Source: Candidatus Bipolaricaulota bacterium (GTDB taxonomy: Bacteria; Bipolaricaulota; Bipolaricaulia; UBA7950; UBA9294). From it: a stretch of 64,000 nucleotides of DNA. The position numbers were made by a program, and so were the translations under genes. The stretch's first letter is position 1. The number at the start of each line of letters is the position of its first letter. Below, piece after piece: positions 36,256-46,011 of this stretch. A model generated the notes under the pieces. The model had not been told where the DNA came from. It did no database searches and was given only the letters and a program-made list of their open reading frames with translations. The stretch lies in the NCBI GenBank assembly GCA_028277345.1, contig JANQGM010000006.1:110535-174534 (forward strand), in the 5' to 3' direction.

Positions 36256-36691
36256 CGGCCAGCTCCTTTTCCAGATCCCGTAGCACCTGATAAACAATGC
36301 TTCGGGAGAAGCCCCTTCGCGACAAGAAGGCTATCGTACGCTGACGCCGTTTCTGTGGCTCCACGCTGTGAAGGCGGACGAATCGCGCGTCGGCGAGCCC
36401 TCGCGCCAGCTCGATCTCTCGAACAGCGGGATACTCGCTCTCCAGCGTTAAAGCAATCAAATCGGAGGCGATGCCCTTCGCTCGGAGCTCGCGAGCGATC
36501 GCTGCGCGGGAAAGGGGATGATGCCACATCCGATCTCTTATCCAGAGCTTCGTGAATGCGGCATCATCCAATTGATCGGTCGCGATGGCGGAGGCGATCG
36601 TTTCTTCGATATCGTCCGGGCCGTATCCCTGCTCCGTCATGCGGCGTCTGGCTTCGGCAATGCTTCGTGGCCGATACCGCAAGAGCAGCAT
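36248..36691 (-). CDS. recX: RecA regulator RecX
   Basis: Three-repeat helical protein immediately downstream of recA. Start moved to ATG 36691 (MLLLRYRPRS); the longer track ORF would overlap recA. Confidence 0.7.
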   Translation of the reverse strand: MLLLRYRPRSIAEARRRMTEQGYGPDDIEETIASAIATDQLDDAAFTKLWIRDRMWHHPLSRAAIARELRAKGIASDLIALTLESEYPAVREIELARGLADARFVRLHSVEPQKRRQRTIAFLSRRGFSRSIVYQVLRDLEKELADD

Positions 36692-36707
36692 CAGGTAGGA
36701 CCAAGGA

Positions 36708-37754
36708 TTAGTCTTTGGCGTCTTCGGCTGCTTGGTCGTCGTTGCTCTCCTCGGCCTTCGCGGATTCGCCCCAACCGGCCTTCTCGCGAATGGCGGTTTC
36801 CAGTGCATCCGCCAGTTTCGGCTCGTCGTCCAACGTTTGCGCGCTGTTTCCGATGCCCTGTCCCAGTCGCTCATCGCCGAACGAGTACCACGACCCACTA
36901 CGCGCGACCAGGCCCATGGCTTCTCCGGTGTTGATCAGATCTCGCGAGCGAACGATGCCCTTTCCGTAGATGACATCAAAGGTCGCTTCTTTGAACGGTG
37001 GCGCCACCTTGTTCTTGACTACACGTACATTGACGTGCGTTCCCACGCGCTCGGTGCCCTCCTCGATGCGGCCGGACGCCCACATTTGCAGGCGAACGGA
37101 GGCATAGAATTTCAGCGCCCAGCCACCGGCCGTGGTGGTCGAGGGTCCGAAGCGCGAGGTGCTGATGGTCGAGCGCATTTGGTTGGTGAACACGACGATG
37201 GTGTTGGACTGCGCAATCGCACCGGAGAGCTTTCGCATCGCCTGAGACATGAGGCGCGCCTGCAACCCAACCTGAGAATCGCCCATCTGTCCCTCAATTT
37301 CCGCCGTTGGCACAAGGGCAGCAACCGAGTCGATGACGATGATGTCGATGGCGCCCGATCGCGTCAGCTGTTCGGTAATTTCCAGCGCCTGTTCTCCCGA
37401 GTTCGGCTGCGAAATCAGCATGTGATCGAGATCGACGCCCAAGGCGCGGCTGTAGGTGGGATCCAATGCGTGCTCCGCGTCGATGAAGGCGGCTGTGCCT
37501 CCGGCGCGCTGGACTTCGGCGATCATGTGCAGGGCAAGCGAGGTCTTACCGGAGGATTCCATGCCGAAGACTTCGATGATGCGTCCTCGGGGAATGCCGC
37601 CGACGCCTAGAGCGATGTCCAGAGCGAGTGAACCGGTCGGGACAGCTTCAACCTGAAGGATCTGCGCCCCGTCACCGAGCCACATGATGGACCCTTCACC
37701 GTACGATTTCTTGATTTGCTTGAGTGTGCTTTCCAGGACTTCGCGCTTACCCAT
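36708..37754 (-). CDS. recA: recombinase RecA
   Basis: GEGSIMWLGD, Walker A GMESSGKTS, FIDAEHALDP, IIVIDSVAAL, FTNQMR. Start at ATG 37754 with GGGGGGAGA upstream. Confidence 0.95.
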   Translation of the reverse strand: MGKREVLESTLKQIKKSYGEGSIMWLGDGAQILQVEAVPTGSLALDIALGVGGIPRGRIIEVFGMESSGKTSLALHMIAEVQRAGGTAAFIDAEHALDPTYSRALGVDLDHMLISQPNSGEQALEITEQLTRSGAIDIIVIDSVAALVPTAEIEGQMGDSQVGLQARLMSQAMRKLSGAIAQSNTIVVFTNQMRSTISTSRFGPSTTTAGGWALKFYASVRLQMWASGRIEEGTERVGTHVNVRVVKNKVAPPFKEATFDVIYGKGIVRSRDLINTGEAMGLVARSGSWYSFGDERLGQGIGNSAQTLDDEPKLADALETAIREKAGWGESAKAEESNDDQAAEDAKD

Positions 37755-37859
37755 ATTGATGTCTCCCCCCACAGGTTCTTTGTGTGATTCTAGGTCAAGC
37801 GTGGACATGGTTCAATACGATTCTTCAGATAGATTCCGGCAATTCGAGCTAAGAACTGG

Positions 37860-38840
37860 CTAATCGTGAGGCGTCGAACGGCCCTCCGGAACAGATTGGA
37901 ACGTGGCCGCCCGTTCCCTTGCTCGTTCCACGAAGTCGCACGCGCGCGACGGATCCACGCCCTTGAGTTGGAAGTTGCCCTCCGGCGCCTCGATCGTGAG
38001 GGTGCCGCCCTTGTGCCGCAACGAAAGGCCCGCCGTCTCCATCTCGCGTGGAATGCGCATCGCGGAGAAGGGAGCGCCGATCAGAGCCTGGGTGAACCGG
38101 GCGATGCGCCGCTGCAAGAAGGCGGAGAACGCACCATCTTCGTTGGCCTTGGCATTCTGGAGTTGGGATAACGCATCGCGGATCTCTTGCTTGGCGTCCT
38201 TGGCCAGTTCGACAACGATGGTCCCGCGTTCCGTGAGAATCAAGGTGATCTGATCGACGGCATCGGACACGCGTGCCAGCTCCTTCATCCAAACCACCTC
38301 AGACAACGGCGCCGAGCCGATGCCCTTGAGCACGCGCTCTCCAATCGGAATGAAGTGAAGGCCCTCGGACAAGGATGTCCCCGCGCAAAGATCGGTGGGA
38401 ACGAGAATCTGGCCGCTTTTGGCGTGTCCCGACAACCGTTGCGCGAGATTGACGGAGTGTCCGATGAAATCGATGTCCGTCATGACAGGCGTTCCCGTCG
38501 CGATTCCGATGCCGACATCGATCGGCTCATCCGGATTCTCGGAATTGCGCTCTCGGAACGCCTGCTGAATGGCCACCGCGGATAAGATGGCCAGTTCGGC
38601 GCTCTCAAAGGCCGCCATCACACCATCCCCCAACGACTTGACGAGGATGCCGTATTCGGAGATCCGATCCTTCAGAATGCCTTCATGAAGCTGCGTGAGG
38701 CGAAAGGCGGCGCGATCCCCCTTCTTGGCGGCATAGGTCGAGAATCCGCGAATATCGGAGAAGAGGAGGGCGATATCCTCTCCCATCTCAAGCTGAGCTC
38801 GTAGTAGTTGGCGAACCTTCAGTGTGCGGCTCCAGGACAC
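37860..38840 (-). CDS. class III adenylate/guanylate cyclase domain protein
   Basis: ALLFSDIRGFS, KSLGDGVMAAF, IGIATG, GHSVNLAQRL. C-terminal about 130 aa unassigned. Confidence 0.85.
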   Translation of the reverse strand: MSWSRTLKVRQLLRAQLEMGEDIALLFSDIRGFSTYAAKKGDRAAFRLTQLHEGILKDRISEYGILVKSLGDGVMAAFESAELAILSAVAIQQAFRERNSENPDEPIDVGIGIATGTPVMTDIDFIGHSVNLAQRLSGHAKSGQILVPTDLCAGTSLSEGLHFIPIGERVLKGIGSAPLSEVVWMKELARVSDAVDQITLILTERGTIVVELAKDAKQEIRDALSQLQNAKANEDGAFSAFLQRRIARFTQALIGAPFSAMRIPREMETAGLSLRHKGGTLTIEAPEGNFQLKGVDPSRACDFVERARERAATFQSVPEGRSTPHD

Positions 38841-38923
38841 GCGTGCTCCCTTCGGCTGGAAAACCCTGACTACGTATTATATCATCGAAATCAGCTTCGA
38901 GTGCCGCTGAAAGGAGCGACCAC

Positions 38924-39352
38924 ATGGACAACAAGCAAATCATTGCCCTCCTAAAAGACACCCCGATCTTCGCCGACACAAGTGAGAAAAGCCTGGAATC
39001 GATGCTCAAGTCTGCCGTGACAAAGACCGTTCCTGCGGGCGACAAGGTCGTCCAGGAAGGTCAAGGCGGAGTCGGTTTCTATCTCATCCTTGAGGGCAAG
39101 GCAGAAGTCGTCAAAGAGGGAGAGAAGCTGGCCGAAATCGGCGCTGGCAACTTCTTCGGCGAGCTCGGCGTCATCGATGGACAGCCTCGCACAGCCGATG
39201 TCATCGCTTTGACGGAAACCAAGTGTTGGATTCTTTCCCAGTGGGCGATGAAGTCGATTATCGCCAATCACCCCGAAGTCGCTCTTTCCATGCTGGAAGA
39301 ACTGGCACGGCGCTTGAGAGCTACCGACGCAGCACGAGTCAGTACGGACTAG
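38924..39352 (+). CDS. stand-alone cyclic nucleotide-binding (CAP-effector) domain protein
   Basis: FFGELGVIDGQPRTADVIA phosphate-binding cassette. 142 aa, no output domain. Confidence 0.85.
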   Translation: MDNKQIIALLKDTPIFADTSEKSLESMLKSAVTKTVPAGDKVVQEGQGGVGFYLILEGKAEVVKEGEKLAEIGAGNFFGELGVIDGQPRTADVIALTETKCWILSQWAMKSIIANHPEVALSMLEELARRLRATDAARVSTD

Positions 39353-39353
39353 T

Positions 39354-40091
39354 TTGACCGATCAGATTCCGCTCGTTTGTCTCGGGTCGGGTGCGGCACT
39401 CACGGACGGCCGAGACTGGAGTTCATTGCTGTTGGATGAGCACATCCTTCTGGATTTGCCGCCATCGGCCATTCCTCGTTTGATCCGGCATGGGGGCGAT
39501 TTCTCCACGATTGAGCACATCTTTATCAGTCACCTTCATGCCGACCACATGTTCGGCTTGCCCTTCTTGCTGTTGGAGTATTGCGTCCGACGCAGCCGGG
39601 AGAATCCCCTGTACATCATCGGTCCGCCCAAGATCGAAGAACTCACGTTCCAGTTATGCGATCTCGCCTGGCCCGATCTGCGAAAGCACGGCTTTGAGCC
39701 GCACGTCCCCCTCCACTTCATCGAGGTTGAAGAGGAGGGTGAGTATCAGGCCGGGGCGCTCGCATTCACAGCCATCCCCATGGAGCACTTTACCTTGGAT
39801 GCCTTTGGGTTCCGATTTGAGTACAAGGGACGATCCATCGGGTATTCAGGAGATACGGCCGAGTGTGTGGAACTCGATCGGCTTCTGGAGGGCACAGACG
39901 TGGCCATCCTGGAACTCACGTACCCCCGTGAATCCAACGATCCCGGACACATGGATTCGCCCGGCTTCCGCCGCATGGCTTCGAAACTGAAAGTCCAGGG
40001 AACAACCGTGATCGCCACACACATGAGCGAAACGCCGGCGCCTATTGAGGGCGTTCTCTTCTGCGAAGACGGCAAGACCATTTACATTTGA
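39354..40091 (+). CDS. MBL-fold metallo-hydrolase
   Basis: ISHLHADHMFGL (HxHxDH), later GDT and ATHMSE. TTG start 1 nt after the upstream stop. Confidence 0.75.
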   Translation: MTDQIPLVCLGSGAALTDGRDWSSLLLDEHILLDLPPSAIPRLIRHGGDFSTIEHIFISHLHADHMFGLPFLLLEYCVRRSRENPLYIIGPPKIEELTFQLCDLAWPDLRKHGFEPHVPLHFIEVEEEGEYQAGALAFTAIPMEHFTLDAFGFRFEYKGRSIGYSGDTAECVELDRLLEGTDVAILELTYPRESNDPGHMDSPGFRRMASKLKVQGTTVIATHMSETPAPIEGVLFCEDGKTIYI

Positions 40092-40178
40092 GTCGCTGCC
40101 TACGCAAGAACGGCCGTACGCGCCGCACTAGCTCTATAAGATGCGCAGTGGGAAGCCATCGTTCTACACGCATCCAAC

Positions 40179-40237
40179 ACGAGAAGCCTCCCATTCTTGC
40201 TTCTCGTCCTTACGCAAGATCAAAGGTCTTGCGTAGG
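40179..40237. terminator. two tandem hairpins between the convergent MBL and tdk genes
   Basis: ACGAGAAGC-11 nt-GCTTCTCGT (perfect 9 bp) and TACGCAAGA-loop-TCTTGCGTA. No clear U-tract, so efficiency is uncertain. Confidence 0.35.
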
Positions 40238-40239
40238 CT

Positions 40240-40833
40240 CTAGCCAGGGACATAGCAGTTACGGCATCGGGCTTCGTAGCTGCCCACACCGCCGACTTGA
40301 ATCGTCGGCCCATCCTTGGGCGCTGGCACGCCATCGATCAATCGCTGCGATCGCGTGGCCACGCCGCCGCATTTCACGCACACCGCATGAAGCTTGTCCA
40401 CACGATCCGAAAGGCTCATCAGAGGGCCCATCGGCCCGAACGGCTCTTCGGCAAAGGTGAGATCGAGCCCCGCCACGATGACACGTTTCCCCATCGCCAC
40501 AAGATCCTGGCACAGTTGGGTGAGCTTCTCACCGAAGAAATTGCCTTCATCAAAGGCGATGACCGAGGCCTTGGCCAGCTGCTCCTCACCAACGATTGAG
40601 ATCAGCGTCTCAATCGTCTCTTTTCCTGGAGGCAGTTCGTGAGCCGCGAACTCGCGGCCGTAATGCGTCACGATTGCCTTGGCCGCATACCGATCGTCGA
40701 TCGTCGGCTTGAAGAGGAGGATGGTCCTTCCAGCGATGCGAACGCGCTCCAGGCGGCGAATGAGTTCTTCGGTTTTGCCCGAGAACATGCACCCCGTGAT
40801 GACCTCCAACTGCCGGTTGACCATGTGCAACAT
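40240..40833 (-). CDS. tdk: thymidine kinase
   Basis: GCMFSGKTEELIRR P-loop, FDEGNFF, zinc ribbon CVKCG...CRNC. Confidence 0.9.
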   Translation of the reverse strand: MLHMVNRQLEVITGCMFSGKTEELIRRLERVRIAGRTILLFKPTIDDRYAAKAIVTHYGREFAAHELPPGKETIETLISIVGEEQLAKASVIAFDEGNFFGEKLTQLCQDLVAMGKRVIVAGLDLTFAEEPFGPMGPLMSLSDRVDKLHAVCVKCGGVATRSQRLIDGVPAPKDGPTIQVGGVGSYEARCRNCYVPG

Positions 40834-40835
40834 GC

Positions 40836-41831
40836 CTACTCCTCCCCCATCTGCGGTAGTACGCCATCGGTATAAAGTTCGTCCAACTCGAACGCTTTTG
40901 TCATCAACTCATTCGCCAACAGGAACTGCTGCATCTCCGCCCAAACCGTCTCATCCGCGTGGAACGCACCGCGTGCGAAGAGCGGGACCGTGACATCGAA
41001 TGAGCGGCGATTCAGCGGATCATCGAGCTCCGGGAAGCGACCGAAGAAGATGCCAAGCGCATCCGCCGGATAATCGGTCGTCCACTCGATCGCGCGCGCG
41101 AGGGCTCGCAAGAAGCCCTCCGCTTCTGTTGTGCGGTCTTTCAGGAAGTTGGGATGCGTCACCAGAATGATCTCGTACGTCGTCGGCACGCAGAAGTCTT
41201 CTTGCGGAAAGAAGATGGGTTCAACCCCCAGCTCCTCCAGCTGCAGCACTTCATAGTTGCAGAAGGCGCCGACCGCATCAACATGGCCCGCCAATAGGGC
41301 CGTGATTGTGTTGAACCCTACGTTGATCAGGTTAACATCCGCCGCATCGATGCCCGCGCATTGCAGGACAGTCTCCCACAGAATGGGCTCCAGAGGCTCA
41401 AGCGCATACCCGATTCGCTTGCCTGCCAGATCGTCCAAAATGCCGACGCCCTCATCGCGAAGCGCCACCAACCCACCGAGCGGCCGGTCGATCAATGCAC
41501 CGATTGCGATCAGGGGCAAGCCTTCGGATCGGGCGATAAGGTAGTTGATCTGAGGCGTCAGAGCGATCTCCACCGCCCTTGCGGCGGCGAGCTTCACGGG
41601 ATCGGACGGATTGGCGGGAACGAAGATATCGATGCTCACACCTTCGTCTTCAAAGAACCCCTTCTCCAGCGCCACGTACAGCGGGACATGGTTAGGGTTG
41701 GCGAAGAAATCCAGACTCACGCGGATGGGAGCCGCCATGACGTGGCACGACACGGCCAAGACAAGAATCCCCCCCAGTAATCGGCAGATCAGCCGCAAAT
41801 CAGACCTCCTGAACGTCCTTTCGCGGAGCAC
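40836..41831 (-). CDS. ABC transporter substrate-binding protein, NMT1/THI5-like (NitT/TauT family)
   Basis: Signal anchor, then FFANPNHVPLYVALEKGFFEDEGV pattern typical of NMT1/THI5-like binding proteins. Confidence 0.8.
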   Translation of the reverse strand: MLRERTFRRSDLRLICRLLGGILVLAVSCHVMAAPIRVSLDFFANPNHVPLYVALEKGFFEDEGVSIDIFVPANPSDPVKLAAARAVEIALTPQINYLIARSEGLPLIAIGALIDRPLGGLVALRDEGVGILDDLAGKRIGYALEPLEPILWETVLQCAGIDAADVNLINVGFNTITALLAGHVDAVGAFCNYEVLQLEELGVEPIFFPQEDFCVPTTYEIILVTHPNFLKDRTTEAEGFLRALARAIEWTTDYPADALGIFFGRFPELDDPLNRRSFDVTVPLFARGAFHADETVWAEMQQFLLANELMTKAFELDELYTDGVLPQMGEE

Positions 41832-42576
41832 GCCAGTGCACCACCCGTCGTTCGATTATGCGGAGTAGGCCGAACAGCGACAACCCGAGAATCGCCAGCA
41901 TGAGAATGGCCGCGAACACCAAATCCATACGCAGCCGGGCATTCGACTGTAGCATCAGATAGCCGAGACCTTGGTGTGCTCCTACCCACTCCCCTATGGT
42001 CGCTCCGACAACGGCCAATGTGGCCGAGACCTTGAGTCCGGAAAACAACGTCGGCAGGCACGCGGGCCAGCGAAGCTTTCGAAAGATCTGTCCTCGCGTC
42101 GCTCCCAGAGAGCGAAAGAGATCGACGGACTCCTCCGTCGGCTCTCTGAGTCCGTCGGAGACATTAACCACGAGCGGGAAAAAGCTGATCAGTGCGGCCA
42201 CCGTCACCTTCGGCCACAGGCCGTACCCCATCCAAACGATCAGAATGGGAGCGATGGCGAAAACGGGAATCATCTGAGAACTGATGATCAGCGGATAGAG
42301 CGCCTTGTCCAACAGCGGCGAGTAGAAGACGGAAATGGCAAGTAGGATGCCGCCAATCGCGCCCAAGAGCAGGCCAACGACGATTTCAAGCAACGTCACC
42401 ACGCCGTGCCAACCCAGGAGCTGAATGTTGCTGATGAAGGCCAACGCGATCCGTGACGGCGCGGGAAGAATGAACGCGCGTACGTTGAAGCCGCGGACTC
42501 CGAGCTCCCAGGCAGCCAGCAGCAGAAGCAACAGCACAATCGGCGCCAGGATTCGCGTAAGCCGCCCGTTCATCAC
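41800..42576 (-). CDS. ABC transporter permease (NitT/TauT family)
   Basis: Six TM segments. EAA-like loop DLFRSLGATRGQIFRKLRWPACLP. Confidence 0.85.
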   Translation of the reverse strand: MMNGRLTRILAPIVLLLLLLAAWELGVRGFNVRAFILPAPSRIALAFISNIQLLGWHGVVTLLEIVVGLLLGAIGGILLAISVFYSPLLDKALYPLIISSQMIPVFAIAPILIVWMGYGLWPKVTVAALISFFPLVVNVSDGLREPTEESVDLFRSLGATRGQIFRKLRWPACLPTLFSGLKVSATLAVVGATIGEWVGAHQGLGYLMLQSNARLRMDLVFAAILMLAILGLSLFGLLRIIERRVVHWRAPRKDVQEV

Positions 42577-43331
42577 GCACCTCCGGAAACCAAGAGAAGA
42601 TCCAACAGAGCCGTTTTGCGTGCGACAAGGTCAGCCGAGCCTCGATCGCGGGGGCGAGGCAATTCGACGGCTTGATCTCGCTGAAGGCTCGCCGGTCGTT
42701 CCGAAAGCACGAGGACGCGATCGGAAAGCAGTAGCGCTTCTTCAGCATCGTGGGTGACAAGGAGAACGGTCTTACGCAACTCGCTCCACACCTCCAGCAG
42801 CCACGTTTGCAAGGTCGCCCGCGTCAATGGATCGAGTGCTCCCAGCGGTTCATCCAGCAGGAGGATCGGACGGTGCGCCAAAAACGTACGGATAAGGGCC
42901 AGCCGTTGCCGCATCCCTCCCGACAGCTGATGCGGATAGACAAACTCAAATCCCCCCAAACCGAAGTGCTCGAACAACTCGATGGCTTCACGCTTCGCCT
43001 CTTTCAGCGAACGCCCATCAATTTCCGACGCCAAGATGGCGTTCCCAAGTGCATCCCTCCAGGGCAAAAGCGTGTCGTGTTGAGGTAAATAGGCAATGGA
43101 GCCCAATTGTGGAACCTGCGCCCCATCGACCAGCACCGTTCCTGAATCCGCCCTCTCCAACCCAACGAGGATCTTGAGAAGCGTGGTCTTTCCACAACCG
43201 GACGGTCCGAGAATCGTCGTCCACGTTCCCCCCTCCAATGCGAAGGACAATCGATCCAATACGTGCACATTTATCCCACGCTGGCGATAGTGCTTGCTCA
43301 GATCGTGGACCTGAAGAAGAGAGGACGACAT
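42573..43331 (-). CDS. ABC transporter ATP-binding protein
   Basis: Walker A GPSGCGKTT, signature LSGGMRQRL, Walker B LLLDEPLGALD. Confidence 0.9.
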   Translation of the reverse strand: MSSSLLQVHDLSKHYRQRGINVHVLDRLSFALEGGTWTTILGPSGCGKTTLLKILVGLERADSGTVLVDGAQVPQLGSIAYLPQHDTLLPWRDALGNAILASEIDGRSLKEAKREAIELFEHFGLGGFEFVYPHQLSGGMRQRLALIRTFLAHRPILLLDEPLGALDPLTRATLQTWLLEVWSELRKTVLLVTHDAEEALLLSDRVLVLSERPASLQRDQAVELPRPRDRGSADLVARKTALLDLLLVSGGA

Positions 43332-43386
43332 CGCTTCACTCCTTTAGTGAGATGCTGCACACATGGTAGCGCACCCATCTCCATCA

Positions 43387-43421
43387 CCAAACAAACCGCA
43401 GCACAGTCGCCTGTGCTGCGG
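43387..43421 (-). terminator. rho-independent terminator (perfect 11-bp stem, GCGA loop, T-run)
   Basis: Minus strand CCGCAGCACAG-GCGA-CTGTGCTGCGG-TTTGTTTGG. Lies 55-90 nt upstream of the ABC operon ATG and directly after a GGACCACCA tRNA-end-like stub. Confidence 0.7.
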
Positions 43422-44134
43422 TGGTGGTCCATAGTGGATGCCCTTTGTACCGCACCCATGCCGAGGTTGCCAGTTCATACGTAGTTGGGGAAGGGGCTTA
43501 GGACCATTCCACAACACGCGCAGATACTACTACTCAATGCCCCAACCTCGCATGTCAGAACAGTACGAGGTAAGTGCTCACTACGTGCGATGGCTTGGCG
43601 TCATCTGCATCCTGGGAACAGGTCAATTGCCCAGAAAGCGGTTCATTGGGGACAACCGATTAGCCAAAACCTCCCCAGCGGAAGCCAAATCCCGCGTGAA
43701 TACTCTGGCTGCACTGGAGTTGGTCTCCAGACAAGACACCTATCGACTGACCATCGATGTTGGTGTGGGACTGTAGCGCCCGGTCCTGCGGCAAAGCGGT
43801 GTAATGCAAGTGACGACGCCTATGCAATAAACGATCAATGCGAACGGCAACAATCCCCAGGAGCTGAGTCTGCTCCGTGCAGGCCATTCATCAGGCCAAG
43901 ATTGCATTTGGGGAGCCGGGGGAGTGGCTCGCCAAACAAGCGATCGATAAACGCACCTTCAATTCGTCACCCAAAGCCATCAACATCTCATAGCCAGCCG
44001 ATTGCTCTGTGAGATGGCCGGGGCACTACGGGTGGGGTAGTGTTGCCAATTGCACCGCCATTACTTCCCGCCCGCGTTTCGGGCTGGCGCATTGGTTTCT
44101 GTGCATGGCGGGTTCGAATCTCCGATTCGCGAAT

Positions 44135-45793
44135 TCATTTCCTTGTAGCCGTCAAGATCAAAGCTAGATTGTTGACTCTTATGATCTGTTGGTCCCTCGC
44201 AAATCCCGAGAAGAAGCCCTGCAGTGCCCGAGATGAAAACTGCTCAGACCTCAGTCCTTCTTTCGCCAGAATGGTTCTTTTGTCATCAAGAAGGAACGGG
44301 TGAAGATCCACGTCTCGGTAGCTTGCTCGCCGGATTGATAGCGCATCCTCCGAGTCGTTGTACACACTAACAATCAATCTACCACCGGGCTTTAACACCC
44401 GCTTGATCTCGTCAGCCACCTTGCGCTTGACAGAATCCTCCCCCAGATTGCCAAACGTATTGGTCATGCACACGACTAGATCAAATGAATCAGTCGCAAA
44501 GGATGTTTTCTGGGCATCTTCAAGTCGAAATCCTACTTTCTTTCCGTGTTTCTCGTACATAGGTTGAAACCGACGTGCCATCACCCAGTTTGTATCGATC
44601 CCTTGCACGTCTTCAACTCCCCCGTCAACCAATATCTCCATGTGTCGACCCCAACCACAACCAATGTCTAGGGCCGCTGTTACCGTTCCTAATTTCGCCA
44701 ACTCATCTTTCAGCACACGTTCCTCTTCCTTGCGCCACTCCAAGAGCTTCGTGTTCTTGGGCACTATCTCCTCTACCCACTTCTTGAAGAAATCGAGAGA
44801 GAAGAAATCCGTATCGCCTGGTGTTCCAACGGGAATCGTAGTACCGATAGTTGAGGTGTAATTCCGCCACAGGGTTCCTTGATCGACGTGCTTGCAAATG
44901 AGCTGATATACTTCTCGCGCCAGTTCCCTTGGCATCCTATCTTTCGTATCACATGGGTTCTCTCTCTCATACCACCAGAGGTGCTCATCTTCTTCAACGG
45001 TCATGTTAATGAGAAGGAAGTCTGGGAATGGAACACTGTAAACATCGTCTGGGGTACTGCGGCGCATCCAGTCGCCGAGTCTACTCATCCTGCTCATAGC
45101 AGGCTTCTCATCAAGAATGCTTTGATTTAGGCGCTTAGAGAGATTCTTGAGCTTCTCCCTGTCAGAGTTGCTCAGTTTGCGGACCAATCGCTCACGTACA
45201 ATCGGAATGCAGTGAACTCGGGCGATCGCGTGCATCTGGATGAGCGCCAAGATCTCTGTTTCGTGTTCTGCATATGCGTCTTCTGTGTAGATCAGGAGCC
45301 TGAGAGCTGAAAAGCTCGGATCAATCTCCCCCTGAGCAATCCGTCTGACCATCTGCAATCCCGAGGCTTGGAACACTCGATTGTCATGCTCATCTGTGCT
45401 GAACTCGATTCCCCCATGCTGAATCCCGTATTCGATTATATGCTTCACGTCGTTCAGTGTTAGGTAGTACATGAAGGTCGGACTTCGCCACAAAGCTATC
45501 TCCTTGCTCGAGATTGCGAAGTAGTTGTAGCCAGCCTTCACGATTGCATCATCGAATGCGTTGACCCGTCGAGGAACTTCAGGCTGAGGTAGAGGCGGGA
45601 TGAACAAAAGCACTACAACGAGATGAGAGAGAAACACACTGACCACGCCAAACAGAAACTGGAAAATCCACCAAGCTGACGAGTATGTCTGCAAAAGTGC
45701 TGAGCCAGTAATGGGTCCCGCAATGACGGAAATCCCTAATCCCACTAGGAAGGATATAATGTAGTCTTTTCGCGTAACGTTGTACCGATTCAC
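44135..45793 (-). CDS. membrane protein with unassigned central region and C-terminal class I SAM methyltransferase domain
   Basis: Two N-terminal TM helices. About 250 aa without a recognisable motif. C-terminal ALDIGCGWGRHMEIL, FDLVVCMTNTFGNL, LKPGGRLIV. Confidence 0.7.
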   Translation of the reverse strand: MNRYNVTRKDYIISFLVGLGISVIAGPITGSALLQTYSSAWWIFQFLFGVVSVFLSHLVVVLLFIPPLPQPEVPRRVNAFDDAIVKAGYNYFAISSKEIALWRSPTFMYYLTLNDVKHIIEYGIQHGGIEFSTDEHDNRVFQASGLQMVRRIAQGEIDPSFSALRLLIYTEDAYAEHETEILALIQMHAIARVHCIPIVRERLVRKLSNSDREKLKNLSKRLNQSILDEKPAMSRMSRLGDWMRRSTPDDVYSVPFPDFLLINMTVEEDEHLWWYERENPCDTKDRMPRELAREVYQLICKHVDQGTLWRNYTSTIGTTIPVGTPGDTDFFSLDFFKKWVEEIVPKNTKLLEWRKEEERVLKDELAKLGTVTAALDIGCGWGRHMEILVDGGVEDVQGIDTNWVMARRFQPMYEKHGKKVGFRLEDAQKTSFATDSFDLVVCMTNTFGNLGEDSVKRKVADEIKRVLKPGGRLIVSVYNDSEDALSIRRASYRDVDLHPFLLDDKRTILAKEGLRSEQFSSRALQGFFSGFARDQQIIRVNNLALILTATRK

Positions 45794-46011
45794 TGATCCC
45801 TCCTCAACTACGTCCTCACGTTTTCATCATACTTCAGAAAAACCGTAGCGCCAACGAGCAAAAACGCTTCATGCCCCAATGCTAGAGTGGTCGCCAGCAC
45901 GGTTTATCTTGCCCACGAGACAACTGGATTGGGATCAGCAAAAACGCGATCATCCTCTGATCTACATCGACATGCATGACAGCACAGCTAAGGATCTTGG
46001 TTAGCAGGTCC

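Noticed and set aside
43332-43640. TPP (or other) riboswitch upstream of the NMT1/THI5-like ABC importer.
   Set aside because: A thiamine-precursor transporter leader with an intrinsic terminator invites this idea. I found no CUGAGA or ACCUGAUCUGG-type TPP core, and no motifs of the guanidine, ZTP, cobalamin or glycine classes. The terminator is better explained as the relic terminator of tRNA-Glu. An Rfam scan would settle it.
44040-44133. tRNA-like T-loop GGCGGGTTCGAATCTCCG, suggesting a tRNA gene or fragment.
   Set aside because: The T-stem does not pair (GCGGG versus CTCCG). No D arm is present and no 7-bp acceptor stem can be drawn. Its orientation is opposite to tRNA-Glu, so it is not the att repeat either.
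43431-44134. tmRNA, RNase P RNA, SRP/6S RNA or a group II intron in the ORF-free gap.
   Set aside because: No GGAAAGUCC-type P4 sequence, no tRNA-like acceptor/T-arm pair with a tag ORF ending in AA-stop, no SRP GGAA tetraloop helix and no domain V consensus could be located by eye.
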